IMG/VR virus record: IMGVR_UViG_3300044723_004952
Location: 1 to 30,023 of that record
Source of the DNA: a virus
Taxonomy: Duplodnaviria > Caudoviricetes
DNA length: 30,023 nucleotides
Direction: 5' to 3' (one strand)
The notes beneath the pieces are model-generated. The model worked only from the letters and a program-made list of their open reading frames with translations. It was not told where the DNA came from and did no database searches. A program made the translations under genes and the position numbers. Positions 17,435 through 28,200 of this stretch are shown here, in pieces (positions within the stretch are counted from its first letter, which is position 1; the number at the start of each line of letters is the position of its first letter).

Positions 17435-17918
17435 GGCACACCTTAAAACAGTAATACGGCCAGCAAAGGTTTCCGAGCTTCCATATATCGGTCAGCTTAT
17501 TCTTGATGAATTTGTGAGTGAAACGCACTCGCATATCCCTGAGTTGGAGTCATCTGATCATAAGTCTATTGATGGATTCTGTGCAGACTTTAAGCAACGG
17601 TTAGAGCAAGATATACCTACTGCGATTTTTATCGCTGAGCGTGGTGATGAAATAATTGGGGCTGCTGCAGGAAGCGTAAGTAAGCATCCGTGGGCTAAGG
17701 ATCAGATGTGGGGATCTGAAGACTTCTGGTATGTAAAGAAGGAAGAACGAGGAACACCCATTGGGATCAAGCTATTCAATAAGTTAATGGACTGGTTCAA
17801 GGAGAACGGTGCCGATCGCATCCACATGGTACATTACCATTGGAATCAAAAGGTATCTAAATTTTATGAGCGCAAGGGTTTTGTGCCGTTTGAAGTAAGC
17901 TACGTAAAGGTTGTATAA
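17433..17918 (+). CDS. GNAT-family N-acetyltransferase
   Basis: IRPA at the N-terminus, IFIAERGDEIIG, motif A WYVKKEERGTPIGIKL and motif B KFYERKGF. Confidence 0.9.
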   Translation: MAHLKTVIRPAKVSELPYIGQLILDEFVSETHSHIPELESSDHKSIDGFCADFKQRLEQDIPTAIFIAERGDEIIGAAAGSVSKHPWAKDQMWGSEDFWYVKKEERGTPIGIKLFNKLMDWFKENGADRIHMVHYHWNQKVSKFYERKGFVPFEVSYVKVV

Positions 17919-19501
17919 TGGCACATAAAGTAGGCAGAAGTATTAAAAAGGAGATCTTGGATGATGCGTTGGGCATCGACGAGAATAAGACTTTTGGAAT
18001 CAAGAATAAAACTCTTGTTGGTGGAGCATTGGCGAAAGTAACACCAGGTGCAAAAAACAATATATTTGGACAGGCAGGAGACTTTATCGAGGATAAAATA
18101 ACTGCACCAGTTAAAGAAGGTGTGGGGGCACTTGTAGGTGGAGTTTTAGGTGGAGGTCAGGACAATACGCAAGCCACTCTCGACGCATACAATGCACAGG
18201 TATCTGCACTAGAGGCAAAGGAGAACGAGGCAAACCGTATGGCTCTCGCTAACACTTTGTTATCTCGCGGAAAAGGTAAGTTCTTTGACGTAACAAGACC
18301 CGAGGAGGTAGAGAAGTTTCTGATTGAGCAAGAGGGTAAATATCTTGATCCATTCCCTGACTACTTAAGGCAGTCAGGAGATCGATTACTAGGTGACCTA
18401 GAGAATACTGCAGGGAATATAAATAATTATATAGGTACTGCAGATGAAAGGATGAAAGACTTTCAACCCACGCTTGATCGCTTGGGGAGCATAAATCAAA
18501 ACGCCATTGATAAGCTTGCTTCTATATATGACGGAAGAATGGAAAGTGAGCTTGGTGGATATAAAGATCAGGCTCAGGATATTACTCGTCAATTACAGGC
18601 ATTAAATACTGAGGCAGGTGATGTAACATCAGGCTTGCAGCAAGGAGTCCTTGATCGTGCGCAAGGTTATGCAGATTCGCTAGGACGATCCGTTGACATG
18701 GAGACGGGTTTAGCAAATAGAAGATATGACGAGCTAGATGCGATTCCTGATTACATGCGGAATACCGCAGATCAACTTTTAAGCGCAGAGCGTTTAAAAG
18801 CATTAGCCGCAGGTGCAAATGCAGAAAATATGGCAAACTCTCAACAGAGGGGTATTCGCGGAGCTATGGTTGGTCAGGGTAGTGGCACGGCAGAAAATAT
18901 GGGTAATGCCATGATTCGCGCACAACTTGGTCAAGATAGATCGGACCTTTTAGCAGATGCGTTAATTAGTAATATTGAGCGCAGGGGGGAGGCAGACCTC
19001 GCAGGTGCTGGATTAAGGGGAGAAAGGTTTGAGACTTTAGGTGATATAAACCCAGCAATGGCGGATGTTTATCGGGATGAAGCAATGCTTGGGCGTGCAA
19101 ACACAGAACTTGGATTTGGTGACCCTAGACTACAGGCAAGAGCAGAAAACCTAGGCTTGGATCAATCTATGGTTGATTCAGATCAAGCATTCTTCTCATC
19201 TATGCTTTCTCAACAATTAGCCAATACCGGAATGATACCTGGTCTAGGCATGCAGGAAGCAATGCTACCCGCACTTATGGGAGAGGCTGCACTTTCAGGT
19301 CAAGGTCCATTAGCTCGATCCGTATCACCATACACCTCAACAGGCACACTTCCACAGGGCCAAACAGTTTTTCAAAATACTCCATACACGCCTCCCGCTC
19401 AGGGGCAAAGGCGTGACTGGTTAGATATATTATCAGATATACCTAGCTACATTAATAAGGGGCAGGAGGCGTACGGAAAAATACAAGGGATTTTTAACTA
19501 A
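17918..19501 (+). CDS. Putative internal virion / DNA ejection protein (527 aa)
   Basis: Helical, Ala/Gln/Gly-rich, with a glycine-rich hydrophobic patch (GVGALVGGVLGGG). It follows the tail module and GNAT, where podovirus ejection genes usually lie. Confidence 0.6.
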   Translation: MAHKVGRSIKKEILDDALGIDENKTFGIKNKTLVGGALAKVTPGAKNNIFGQAGDFIEDKITAPVKEGVGALVGGVLGGGQDNTQATLDAYNAQVSALEAKENEANRMALANTLLSRGKGKFFDVTRPEEVEKFLIEQEGKYLDPFPDYLRQSGDRLLGDLENTAGNINNYIGTADERMKDFQPTLDRLGSINQNAIDKLASIYDGRMESELGGYKDQAQDITRQLQALNTEAGDVTSGLQQGVLDRAQGYADSLGRSVDMETGLANRRYDELDAIPDYMRNTADQLLSAERLKALAAGANAENMANSQQRGIRGAMVGQGSGTAENMGNAMIRAQLGQDRSDLLADALISNIERRGEADLAGAGLRGERFETLGDINPAMADVYRDEAMLGRANTELGFGDPRLQARAENLGLDQSMVDSDQAFFSSMLSQQLANTGMIPGLGMQEAMLPALMGEAALSGQGPLARSVSPYTSTGTLPQGQTVFQNTPYTPPAQGQRRDWLDILSDIPSYINKGQEAYGKIQGIFN

Positions 19502-21735
19502 TGGCAATTCCAAGAGCATCTATACCTCAAGCTAGTATGCAACAGGCACAGCCTTTACTTGCGCAGTTTAATGCTGCTCGTGCCGCAGCGCAGGGTCAAC
19601 AGATGCCTGTTATCCAGGGTAGGGGAATTGATCCTGCTCAGCTTATGCAAATGGCGCAGGGCAATGCGTTGCAGATAAGGAATCAATTAAATGGTCAAGC
19701 CAATCAGTTTATTGCCACCGATCCCGCTGTAGATATTCGGGCTCGTGAAAGATATTTGGAAAGTCTTGAGAAGGATACTCAAGCCGCTAATCGTGCAGAT
19801 AGCCGAGCTATATTTAATGCTAATAAAGCAGATGCGCGCACGATTTATAGCACAGAGAATGCAAAGGAAGCCGCTGCATTATCGGCTCAGCAAAATGACG
19901 CTCGTCTGCAACGGGATATAGATAACAGAAATCTAAATACTGATCGTCGGATAGAAGCTGATGATAAAAGGTTTGAACGAAAGGTAGAGCAAGATGAAGC
20001 CAACCGCAGAGCCGCCACAAATGCCGAAATTGAGCTCAAGGAATATGAGGATGAGTTAATACGAAATCGCCTGGCGGACGAGCGACAAATTGCTGAAGCA
20101 AAGCAAGAAGCATTGGAAGGGAAGTTCGGTCCAATGATTCAAAAGCCGATATTAGCCTACCAGAACTGGCAGGAATATGGCAAAGCGACCAGGTATGAGG
20201 AGTACAAAACGCAATTTATACAATCAAAACTTCAAGACCCTAAATATGTTCAAGAATACCAATCTGATGCTCGATTCGGCGGGAAAGATTTTTTTGGTAG
20301 CGGAGACCAGCAGTCACAAAACTATTTTATTGGTCTAGCTGCATTTATTAGAAGTAAGCTCGAGGGAGGAGACCCAGTACTAGCAAGCGGTTTTGCTCCG
20401 TATCAGCTCAAATTGAACCAAGAAGAGGAAAGGCTGGCAAGCGTTTCCGCAAAATCTTTCACATTCGCTCTTGCAAATAAAATACCTGTTGACATGAATC
20501 CTGGTGCACAAGCAGGAGGACCAGTCACTGTTCCTGGTGGTGTGCAAGTACAAGGTAATGGTGCTGGTGGTGTACCTGTTGGCGGGGGAGCAAATCCACT
20601 GACTCCTAATGTACCCGTAGCACCCGGATCCCTTCCTGCTTTTAAGCAGCAGGAGGCTCCTCCTCCTCCAGAAGAAGAATCTTCAGCTGACCCCTTAACC
20701 ACAGCAATACTTACATCAACCGGAGCGATTGCTACAAATGAGGCTTTGAGGCAAACTCCTGTAGATGTAGACAAAGAATTTGCTAAAGCCAAACCAAACC
20801 AAGCCGATCTCGATCAAGGCACTCGCAGAGTGTATGAGCAGATGGGGGATACTAAGCAACAGAAGCAAGCTATCCAAGAAGTGGATGATAAGTTGTCGAG
20901 AGATACCGATAAAATCAATAAAACCAAGGAGTTGGCTAAAAAGAATATAGCTACTGCTGAGTCTCAAATAAAGGAGCTGGAAAAACAATCTGAATCCTTA
21001 AAGAAAAAGATACAGGACAAGAGCAAGAAGTATAATAAATTTGCCACAAAACTTAACACATACGGAGAATACTCACCAACCGAGCAAAGAGAATTTAAGC
21101 AAAAGATGCGAGCAATCCAAGATGACATAGGTAAGCTCACCCAAGAGATGAATCAAAAAGCTGGTGAAATCGATGTCAAAAAACAAGGGATTACCCGCAA
21201 GAAAGATTTACTAGGACAATTAGATAAATCCTTAAGCTCTAGGAAGGCAAAAAGACCGGGACAGGTGGGGGCGATCAGGAAAGACCAAAGCTTAAGATCT
21301 ACTAATATATCCAACCAAAGAAGCACTGTTAATGCCGATCCTGACTTAAAGGAAACTGCGCAAAGGCAAGGAAAATTAAATGCCTTAATAAGGCAGAAGG
21401 GTATGAATCCAGATGACTTTCGCATGAGCAATGGACTCCTTGATGAAGCTGCGATGCGGGATCACATAGGTGCAAAGAAAGAATTTGCAATAAGTAAGCT
21501 AGCAAGAAGATTCCCTGATTTAGCGAAAAGAATAGCGGGGCTTGCAAAGGGAAGGATTGGGTCAAACTTACTAATCGCAACCATTACAGGAGGTACGGCT
21601 TACGCACTCTTATCAAGAGAAGATAAGAAGGAAGCAGAGACCCAATTAAAGGAAGTCAAGGATCTTGAGGAAATCGAAGCAGAGTTAAACGCAACTCAGT
21701 CAACACAACCTAACGCCCTGCAACCCGCACAATAA
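19501..21735 (+). CDS. Putative internal virion / ejection protein (744 aa, coiled-coil)
   Basis: Gln/Ala-rich N-terminus, long charged coiled coils, Gly/Pro linker and a C-terminal hydrophobic segment (LLIATITGGTAYALL). TAATG overlap. Confidence 0.6.
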   Translation: MAIPRASIPQASMQQAQPLLAQFNAARAAAQGQQMPVIQGRGIDPAQLMQMAQGNALQIRNQLNGQANQFIATDPAVDIRARERYLESLEKDTQAANRADSRAIFNANKADARTIYSTENAKEAAALSAQQNDARLQRDIDNRNLNTDRRIEADDKRFERKVEQDEANRRAATNAEIELKEYEDELIRNRLADERQIAEAKQEALEGKFGPMIQKPILAYQNWQEYGKATRYEEYKTQFIQSKLQDPKYVQEYQSDARFGGKDFFGSGDQQSQNYFIGLAAFIRSKLEGGDPVLASGFAPYQLKLNQEEERLASVSAKSFTFALANKIPVDMNPGAQAGGPVTVPGGVQVQGNGAGGVPVGGGANPLTPNVPVAPGSLPAFKQQEAPPPPEEESSADPLTTAILTSTGAIATNEALRQTPVDVDKEFAKAKPNQADLDQGTRRVYEQMGDTKQQKQAIQEVDDKLSRDTDKINKTKELAKKNIATAESQIKELEKQSESLKKKIQDKSKKYNKFATKLNTYGEYSPTEQREFKQKMRAIQDDIGKLTQEMNQKAGEIDVKKQGITRKKDLLGQLDKSLSSRKAKRPGQVGAIRKDQSLRSTNISNQRSTVNADPDLKETAQRQGKLNALIRQKGMNPDDFRMSNGLLDEAAMRDHIGAKKEFAISKLARRFPDLAKRIAGLAKGRIGSNLLIATITGGTAYALLSREDKKEAETQLKEVKDLEEIEAELNATQSTQPNALQPAQ

Positions 21736-21736
21736 A

Positions 21737-22279
21737 ATGTACAGCCCTCGATTAGAGCACGGAAGCCTGACCAATTCGCCTCCTGAGGAAAACCTAACAT
21801 ATGGCGAGCAGTATAATGCACTCGTTAATGCGCCAGATAGGGAGCAGTTCTTAACCGGTGTAGGCACTAGCGCAGCGCTTACGCCTGCTGTAAATAGCTT
21901 AATACCAAATGTGCCCGTAAAGCCTGGCATGTTAAATGAGATGGCTCGCATAGGAATGAAAGGAGTTAAAGGAGTGGGGGTTCCTATGCTTACTTATGAG
22001 GCGGGAAACGCAGGTTACAAATTGATAGATGGAGTTTTTGATCACCTTGAGGAGGCTGTCCCTGAAGCGCAGAAAAGACAAAGGGAGAATTACGAGACAA
22101 GGGAGGAGATGATGCCGGGAGTTGTTGGGGTGAACGATAATCCTTTGGTAATAGAAGAGAAGACTACCATGGAATTTACTCCAATGCCCATGGAGGAGTT
22201 TATGCCAAAAGCAGAGGGGAATACTACAGAAGAAATGTCATTTGATGATATTCTTAAAGAATTAGAACAACCCATCTAA
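21737..22279 (+). CDS. Hypothetical protein (180 aa), probably virion-internal
   Basis: ORF between ejection-like genes, starting 2 nt after the upstream stop and ending in a TAATG overlap with the giant gene. Acidic, Met-rich C-terminus. Confidence 0.7.
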   Translation: MYSPRLEHGSLTNSPPEENLTYGEQYNALVNAPDREQFLTGVGTSAALTPAVNSLIPNVPVKPGMLNEMARIGMKGVKGVGVPMLTYEAGNAGYKLIDGVFDHLEEAVPEAQKRQRENYETREEMMPGVVGVNDNPLVIEEKTTMEFTPMPMEEFMPKAEGNTTEEMSFDDILKELEQPI

Positions 22280-25200
22280 TGCCAAGTTTAATACCCAATG
22301 ATATTGATGATCCAATTGCTGAACAATATCGAGCGCAACTCGATGCGGTAGGGCAGGATACAAGGTTTCTCAGTAACAGAGAAATCGTCAAGAGGCTTGG
22401 GGATAGTTTAATCCAAGGTGGTAGAACTAATGATGACATTGTCTCCACCTATGGAGAGGGATTCTTAAGTAATTATTTAGACGAAAAGAATAAACCCGTA
22501 GAGGGGCAAGGTGTATTTGGAGATGCTATGGCAAGCCTTCGCAGGCAAGCCATTGGATTAGGAGAGGTTGCGCTTGGCGGAGTAGGTTTGGCGGCTGATG
22601 CAATGCCTGGTGAATTATTCGATCCCGTTCGTGATGCTGCAATGCGCAAAGCCGCGGAATTATCTCAGGCATCAGCCGAAGGGCCACAACCAACCATAGA
22701 TAGCTACGCTGATGTCCGCATGGATAAACCCATGGAGGTACTGAGGTATGGTGCAAACTTACTAGGTGGAGCATTACCTTCCGTTGCACAAGCGGCGGCA
22801 ACTGGTGGAGTTGGTGGCTTGGTTGGCGTTGCAGGTAAAGGCTTACTTAAAAAGAAAATCCGGAAAGAGCTTGGGGATATTGCGGAAGAAGAGTTAGAGA
22901 GGCTCGCCAAGAAGAAAGCATTTAAATATGGTGCAGCTGCAGGCTTGGGAGCAAGTTCTGGCATTATGGGAACGGGTGAGGTTTACGCAGAACTTTACCC
23001 ATACACGCAACTTGCAGAGACGGATGAGAACTACATAGATCCTGAAACTGCACGAAATGTATCCTTTGCGGGAGGTGCTTTAGTTGCGGGACTTGACTTT
23101 GTATCCGCAGGCAAGATGCTCAATAAGCTTATTGGTATAGGAGATAAAGCATCATCTGACTACCTGAAGAGATTGTTACGCAATCTTCCTGAAGGCGTAT
23201 TCCTCGAGGGGGCAACTGAAGGTGCGCAAGAGTTTATCATCATGGCATCCGAGAAGTATGCGCGTGGTGAGAATATGACTGAGTTCACCGGTCAGGAAAT
23301 TGAAAGGATGATCAATGCAGGAATTATGGGTGCGGCAGGTGGTTCTCAGTTTGCGGCTATTTCTGCGATACCAGGATCCAAATCTGATCCGAGGGAAATA
23401 GATGATTCAGATACCCCCAAACTTGATATGTCGCAACGCCCTGACACCGACTCGATCCTTGGTGACAGACCAGGTGAGACCCTCGGATTTGAGGTGGGGC
23501 AGGAAGTAAGTGAACCATTTGGTGTAAGTGGCACAATTGAGTCCATCACCAACGGCATGGCAACTGTGCGATCCTCAAAGGTAGATGCGGATGGGGTGGA
23601 GAGTGTAAGAATTAAGCAAGTCCCCGTGTCACATCTAGCTCCTGTATTTGAGAAGCAAGTCATACAGGATGATGATAAGCCTGATACGCCTGAACAGAAA
23701 GTAAAGAAGCAGGCAAAAAAAGAAGCAGATGATAAACCAAAAAAGATTGTAGCTGAGCCCGCCAAAAGCAGTACATTCAAAGTTCCGCAGGATGATTATG
23801 TTGAGGAGGTTGGAGCCAAAGATTTCAAGGGTGTAAGTGCTTTGGAAAGTAACGATGCGCGGGATGTGTATAATGCATTGCTACCAATAATGAATGACCC
23901 CAAGTCTGGAATTAAACAAGGCAACACCTTCGATATGGTGGGCGTAATTAAAGGTTTAGTTGCTGATGGTAGGATTACGCAAAAGATATTAGATAAAGCA
24001 ACTGCCAATGGTAACGCCGCACTTAAGGTACTAAGAACTTCCGGGATATTGGGTGATCAACGGGAAGCAGGGAATTACAACTGGAGAAAATCGACTGCGT
24101 ACGATAACCAACTTGCCGAGGATAAAGCTCTTTATAAGGAAAGAAAAAAAGCAGAGACTAGAAATAAGAATATTGAGAAGCGCGGGCTCAAAGTGGATGA
24201 AGAGAACCCGCAAGTTCTCAAGGTAAGTGGTAGCTCTGACTACTATGTTGTACGGGATATTGTACAAGACCCAAAGGATCCAATCGAAGACGGCTATGTC
24301 ATAGTAGACCAGTATTCAGATTTTGAGCTAAAGGAAAGCGTTAGGACAAATTTATATGTAGACCCAAGTGTATTAAATAAGCCAATTGTCAAAAGGGATG
24401 TTCTCGGAGAAGGAGGGAAGCCTGTAGGCATAGAGACGATTGAGATGGAAATCGAAATGCCATCCAACGCAGATTACGCAAAAGGCATTAAGTTTTTTCA
24501 TTACGGCAAAAACGGAAGACTTTTATCAAAAGCAATAGAGGTAAAGGGGGAAACGCTAGAAGACATTGGTCAAGTAATTAAGACAAATGGACCGCTACTG
24601 AAGAGATTAAAGGAAAACCCTGGTTATGTAAGTATTACACACTTAGACGATCAGGGTCAGGAGGTGGAGACTAATGTGCAGTATGATTTAGATGCGCTGG
24701 ATGGAGAACTCACAATCGGAGGCCAGGATGTCGGCGTAAATAAAATACCTATAGAAAAGCATTTCGTAGAGAAGAATGGTGTCGATCAAATCAATACCCT
24801 TCCCCGTGACTTAAAAATAGATTTTGTGCATTTTGATGACACAATAGATAATCAGGTAAAGGAAAAGGGCTTAGAGCCAGATGCAGAGAATTTAGTTAAA
24901 TTTAAAGGAAATACCTCAGGTATAGCATTCGGTGTTTTTAAGAAAACCGATAGATCTGGAGGTTTGCCCACAGATAGTATCAGGGTAGCGTCCTTAAAGA
25001 AAAACCGAAGTCGCATAAGTGGTTACTCTGCTATCGATGGGAAATGGAAGAAAATTAGCGACTGGGGCGACAGAAGCTACGAACTTATAGGCTTCATAAC
25101 GGCAGACGAAAAGTACGGGCGCGACATAGATATATACTACGAGAATGCCAGTAAGTTAAAGGACGATTTAGTGCGGGGTGGATATGTAAAAAATGCACTT

Positions 25201-28200
25201 AGCCAAGATAATATTCCTGCACATGTAGAGAGAACACTGGCTGAGGAGTACGATATCTCATCTAAGAAGGATCCAAAAACAAACAATTACGAAAAAACAT
25301 TCCGGAAGCTAAGGCAGAGAGAAAGGGAACTTGCCTTTGAAAACCCAGAAGAAGATTACTCAGTAATTTCTGGTCAGTACAACCTGGAGAAAGATAGTCC
25401 ATTAAAGGAAGGGGAGGACAAAGAGCATAAGGATCTCATGAGAAAACTCCTTCAGCTTCAGGTGGATCTTGAGACTTTAAGTCAACTCAAGAAGAAGGGT
25501 GCAACTTTTGAGAAAAGTGACATAGCACCTTTTCGTGACCAAGATGCATTTTGGTTATTAACTGTTCTTGAGAGAAACTACCCTTTCTGGAATGAACTTA
25601 TGGATCTTGAGAATGGTCCTATCGCTCTTTATACACGAAGTAATGATCTAAGGAGGAAAAAAAATAGCGGGTCTGCATTAAGTCAAGAAGACTCGGAGTT
25701 CTTAAATAGAACTGAAGCAATCTTTACTCGAGAGGACACAAACGGTAATCCTCAAAGGATGAGTCTCAAGGAAATCCTTGAGGAGTTTCACTTTAAGGAT
25801 GCAGAAGATAGTACGAGAAGAGTCCTTTTGCGTAATGCGGCACGATCCATAATACCCGAGAACTCTAAAATCGAGGTAATAAGTAAGCCTATAGCGGATA
25901 AGCTACTGGATGTATTCAATGAACATAAGAAACACAATACAGCCACACTTCTTGATGATGATACACCTGAAGTAATAGATGATGCAAGACAGTCCCCGGA
26001 AGGGACAATGGCTCTACTTAAACTATACTTAGTCCGTGCAGGAATGAGTGCGGATGACGCAGGTAAACTACTTAAGGAATCTAGGCACGCAGGTGTGGCA
26101 GATCAGGGAAGGGGCGCACAGCTAAGAAGCCAGGGTAAACTAAATGAAGCTAAAGATAAGGAAATCTTTATAAATGAAGATAACTTTAATCCTGCGGATA
26201 TACTGAAATCAATAACTTTAGAGAGAAGACGGATTAAGGGCGAACCAGAACCCGATCTTTCATATGACGCAAGAACTGGCACTAGGAATAAGCAGGTAGA
26301 TAGAGCATTTGATATGCTGAAGGAAAAGATTCCTTACTACAAAGATCTGATGCGAGAAGTGTATAAGCCTCAAGCACAAGGTGAGTCAGTCTTTCTTACT
26401 CCTGAAGATCAAGTGTCGATAGATGACTTGAGGCAAATCTCGAGCATGTACGGTGCGGATGGTAGGAATGAGTTTCAGGCAAAAATACCACAGAAGCCTG
26501 ATCTTGTTACAGGTGTAGTCGAGCCAGCTCGCAAGTTACCACTCACTCCAGAAGATATTGAGGCAGATGGAGTATTGGCTGCGCAGTCTGAGACTGCAAT
26601 CATTGCACCTGAACAAAACCCAATGGAGGCAGGTGGGTACCCCGAGCTTGTCACACTTGCTCAGGGAGCGATTGATAAATTTGTAGGAGAAGGAGATTCT
26701 CAAGGTACATTTAGTGCAAAGCTTGCCCTGGACAAAATCATCAAGGATGTAAACCCAGACTTTGTAAATTCTGACTCACTTACATTTTGGGCTTCCATGT
26801 TGAAGGGTAGTAACTCCCTTAATGATGTGCGGATCCGATTTATGCCATGGAATGAGTTCCGTAAATATGCACGAGTCACACAGTATGGCGTAACTGCTGG
26901 TGTGTACATCCCGAGTAATAATGAGATTATAATTACAGATACATTCTACAATGATCCAGATAAGAAGATTTCTGCGGATGAGGCACTCGCCAACCTGCTT
27001 ATACACGAACTAACCCATGTTCCTGTCCGGTTAGGGATACTGGTTGGTGCGGCAACAATTACAGGCAATCAACACATCTTGGAGGAGATGTCTAACTTGG
27101 GTTTAGGGGTCGATAATCAAGGGCTGGCAAAAATATATCAAAATGTAAAAGATGTAATCATTCCCTATCTTCATGAGATCAATAAAGAGTATGGAGTGAA
27201 CCCACGGGAGTATGCATTGACTTCTGTTGAGGAATTTTTTGCAGAACTTCCAAGTAATTATGAGTTGCGACACCTACTAAAGAAAGCCCGGATTACACCA
27301 GAGCTTTCAAAGCAACTGGGCATGTCATCCAAGAATCCCTTCAAGACCATATGGCAGTACATAAGAAGATTGATTGCCAGAATTATTGGTGTTGAGCCAA
27401 ACCTTTTAGACACAGCTGACAACTACCTAAAGAGCATAATAAAAAAAGCACAACCCATGGGTAAGTACATGGGGCAGTTGCCGTTTGATAATAAATATCG
27501 CAACCAGCAAATGCTATTCGATTTTGACCCGAAGGTCGAGGAAGCACCATCGGATCTTCCTACATTCTGGGGCTTGTATAAGATCAAAAAGGGTAACCCA
27601 AAGATGTATCAGCAGGTAGCCGAAGCAATCTTCAGTCCAGGTAATGAGTATTTGGATGGAGATATTGCGTACCAATATTCAAAGAAGCTAGGTTTAAATA
27701 GAAAGAAGCTGTACGCCGAGATACAACGCGCCCACGCTAGGCACAGGAGAAGAACTGGATACAGGTATAGTCAAATAGAAATTCCCACCCCTATGGATGG
27801 AGACGGATTCCTAAAAGACCATAAGTTTCATGTCACACTTACAGAAAACATTTCTAACATAGAAAAGGAAGGGATAACCTCAGGGCACCCATCTAATTGG
27901 AAGATGGCCGGCACAGGTCAAGACTATGGCGCCGGAAAAGTATTTGCCATGGATAACTACTTCGATGCAATCAAGTGGGCTACTGAAATGGAGTGGGCAA
28001 GGTACAGCACTATGGGAAATGGCTCTGTGTCAATTATAACATTTAAGGATACGCTTGATGGAGATATACAATTTCCGTGGGCTGAGGATAATGAAGATAT
28101 TATTAATACTTCCGGAAATGAAGGAAAATGGTACAAAAGACAGGAAAAGGTAAGGTCTGGTCAAATCTTGGGCTTCACCAAAGTAGACCTTGAGCATGTT

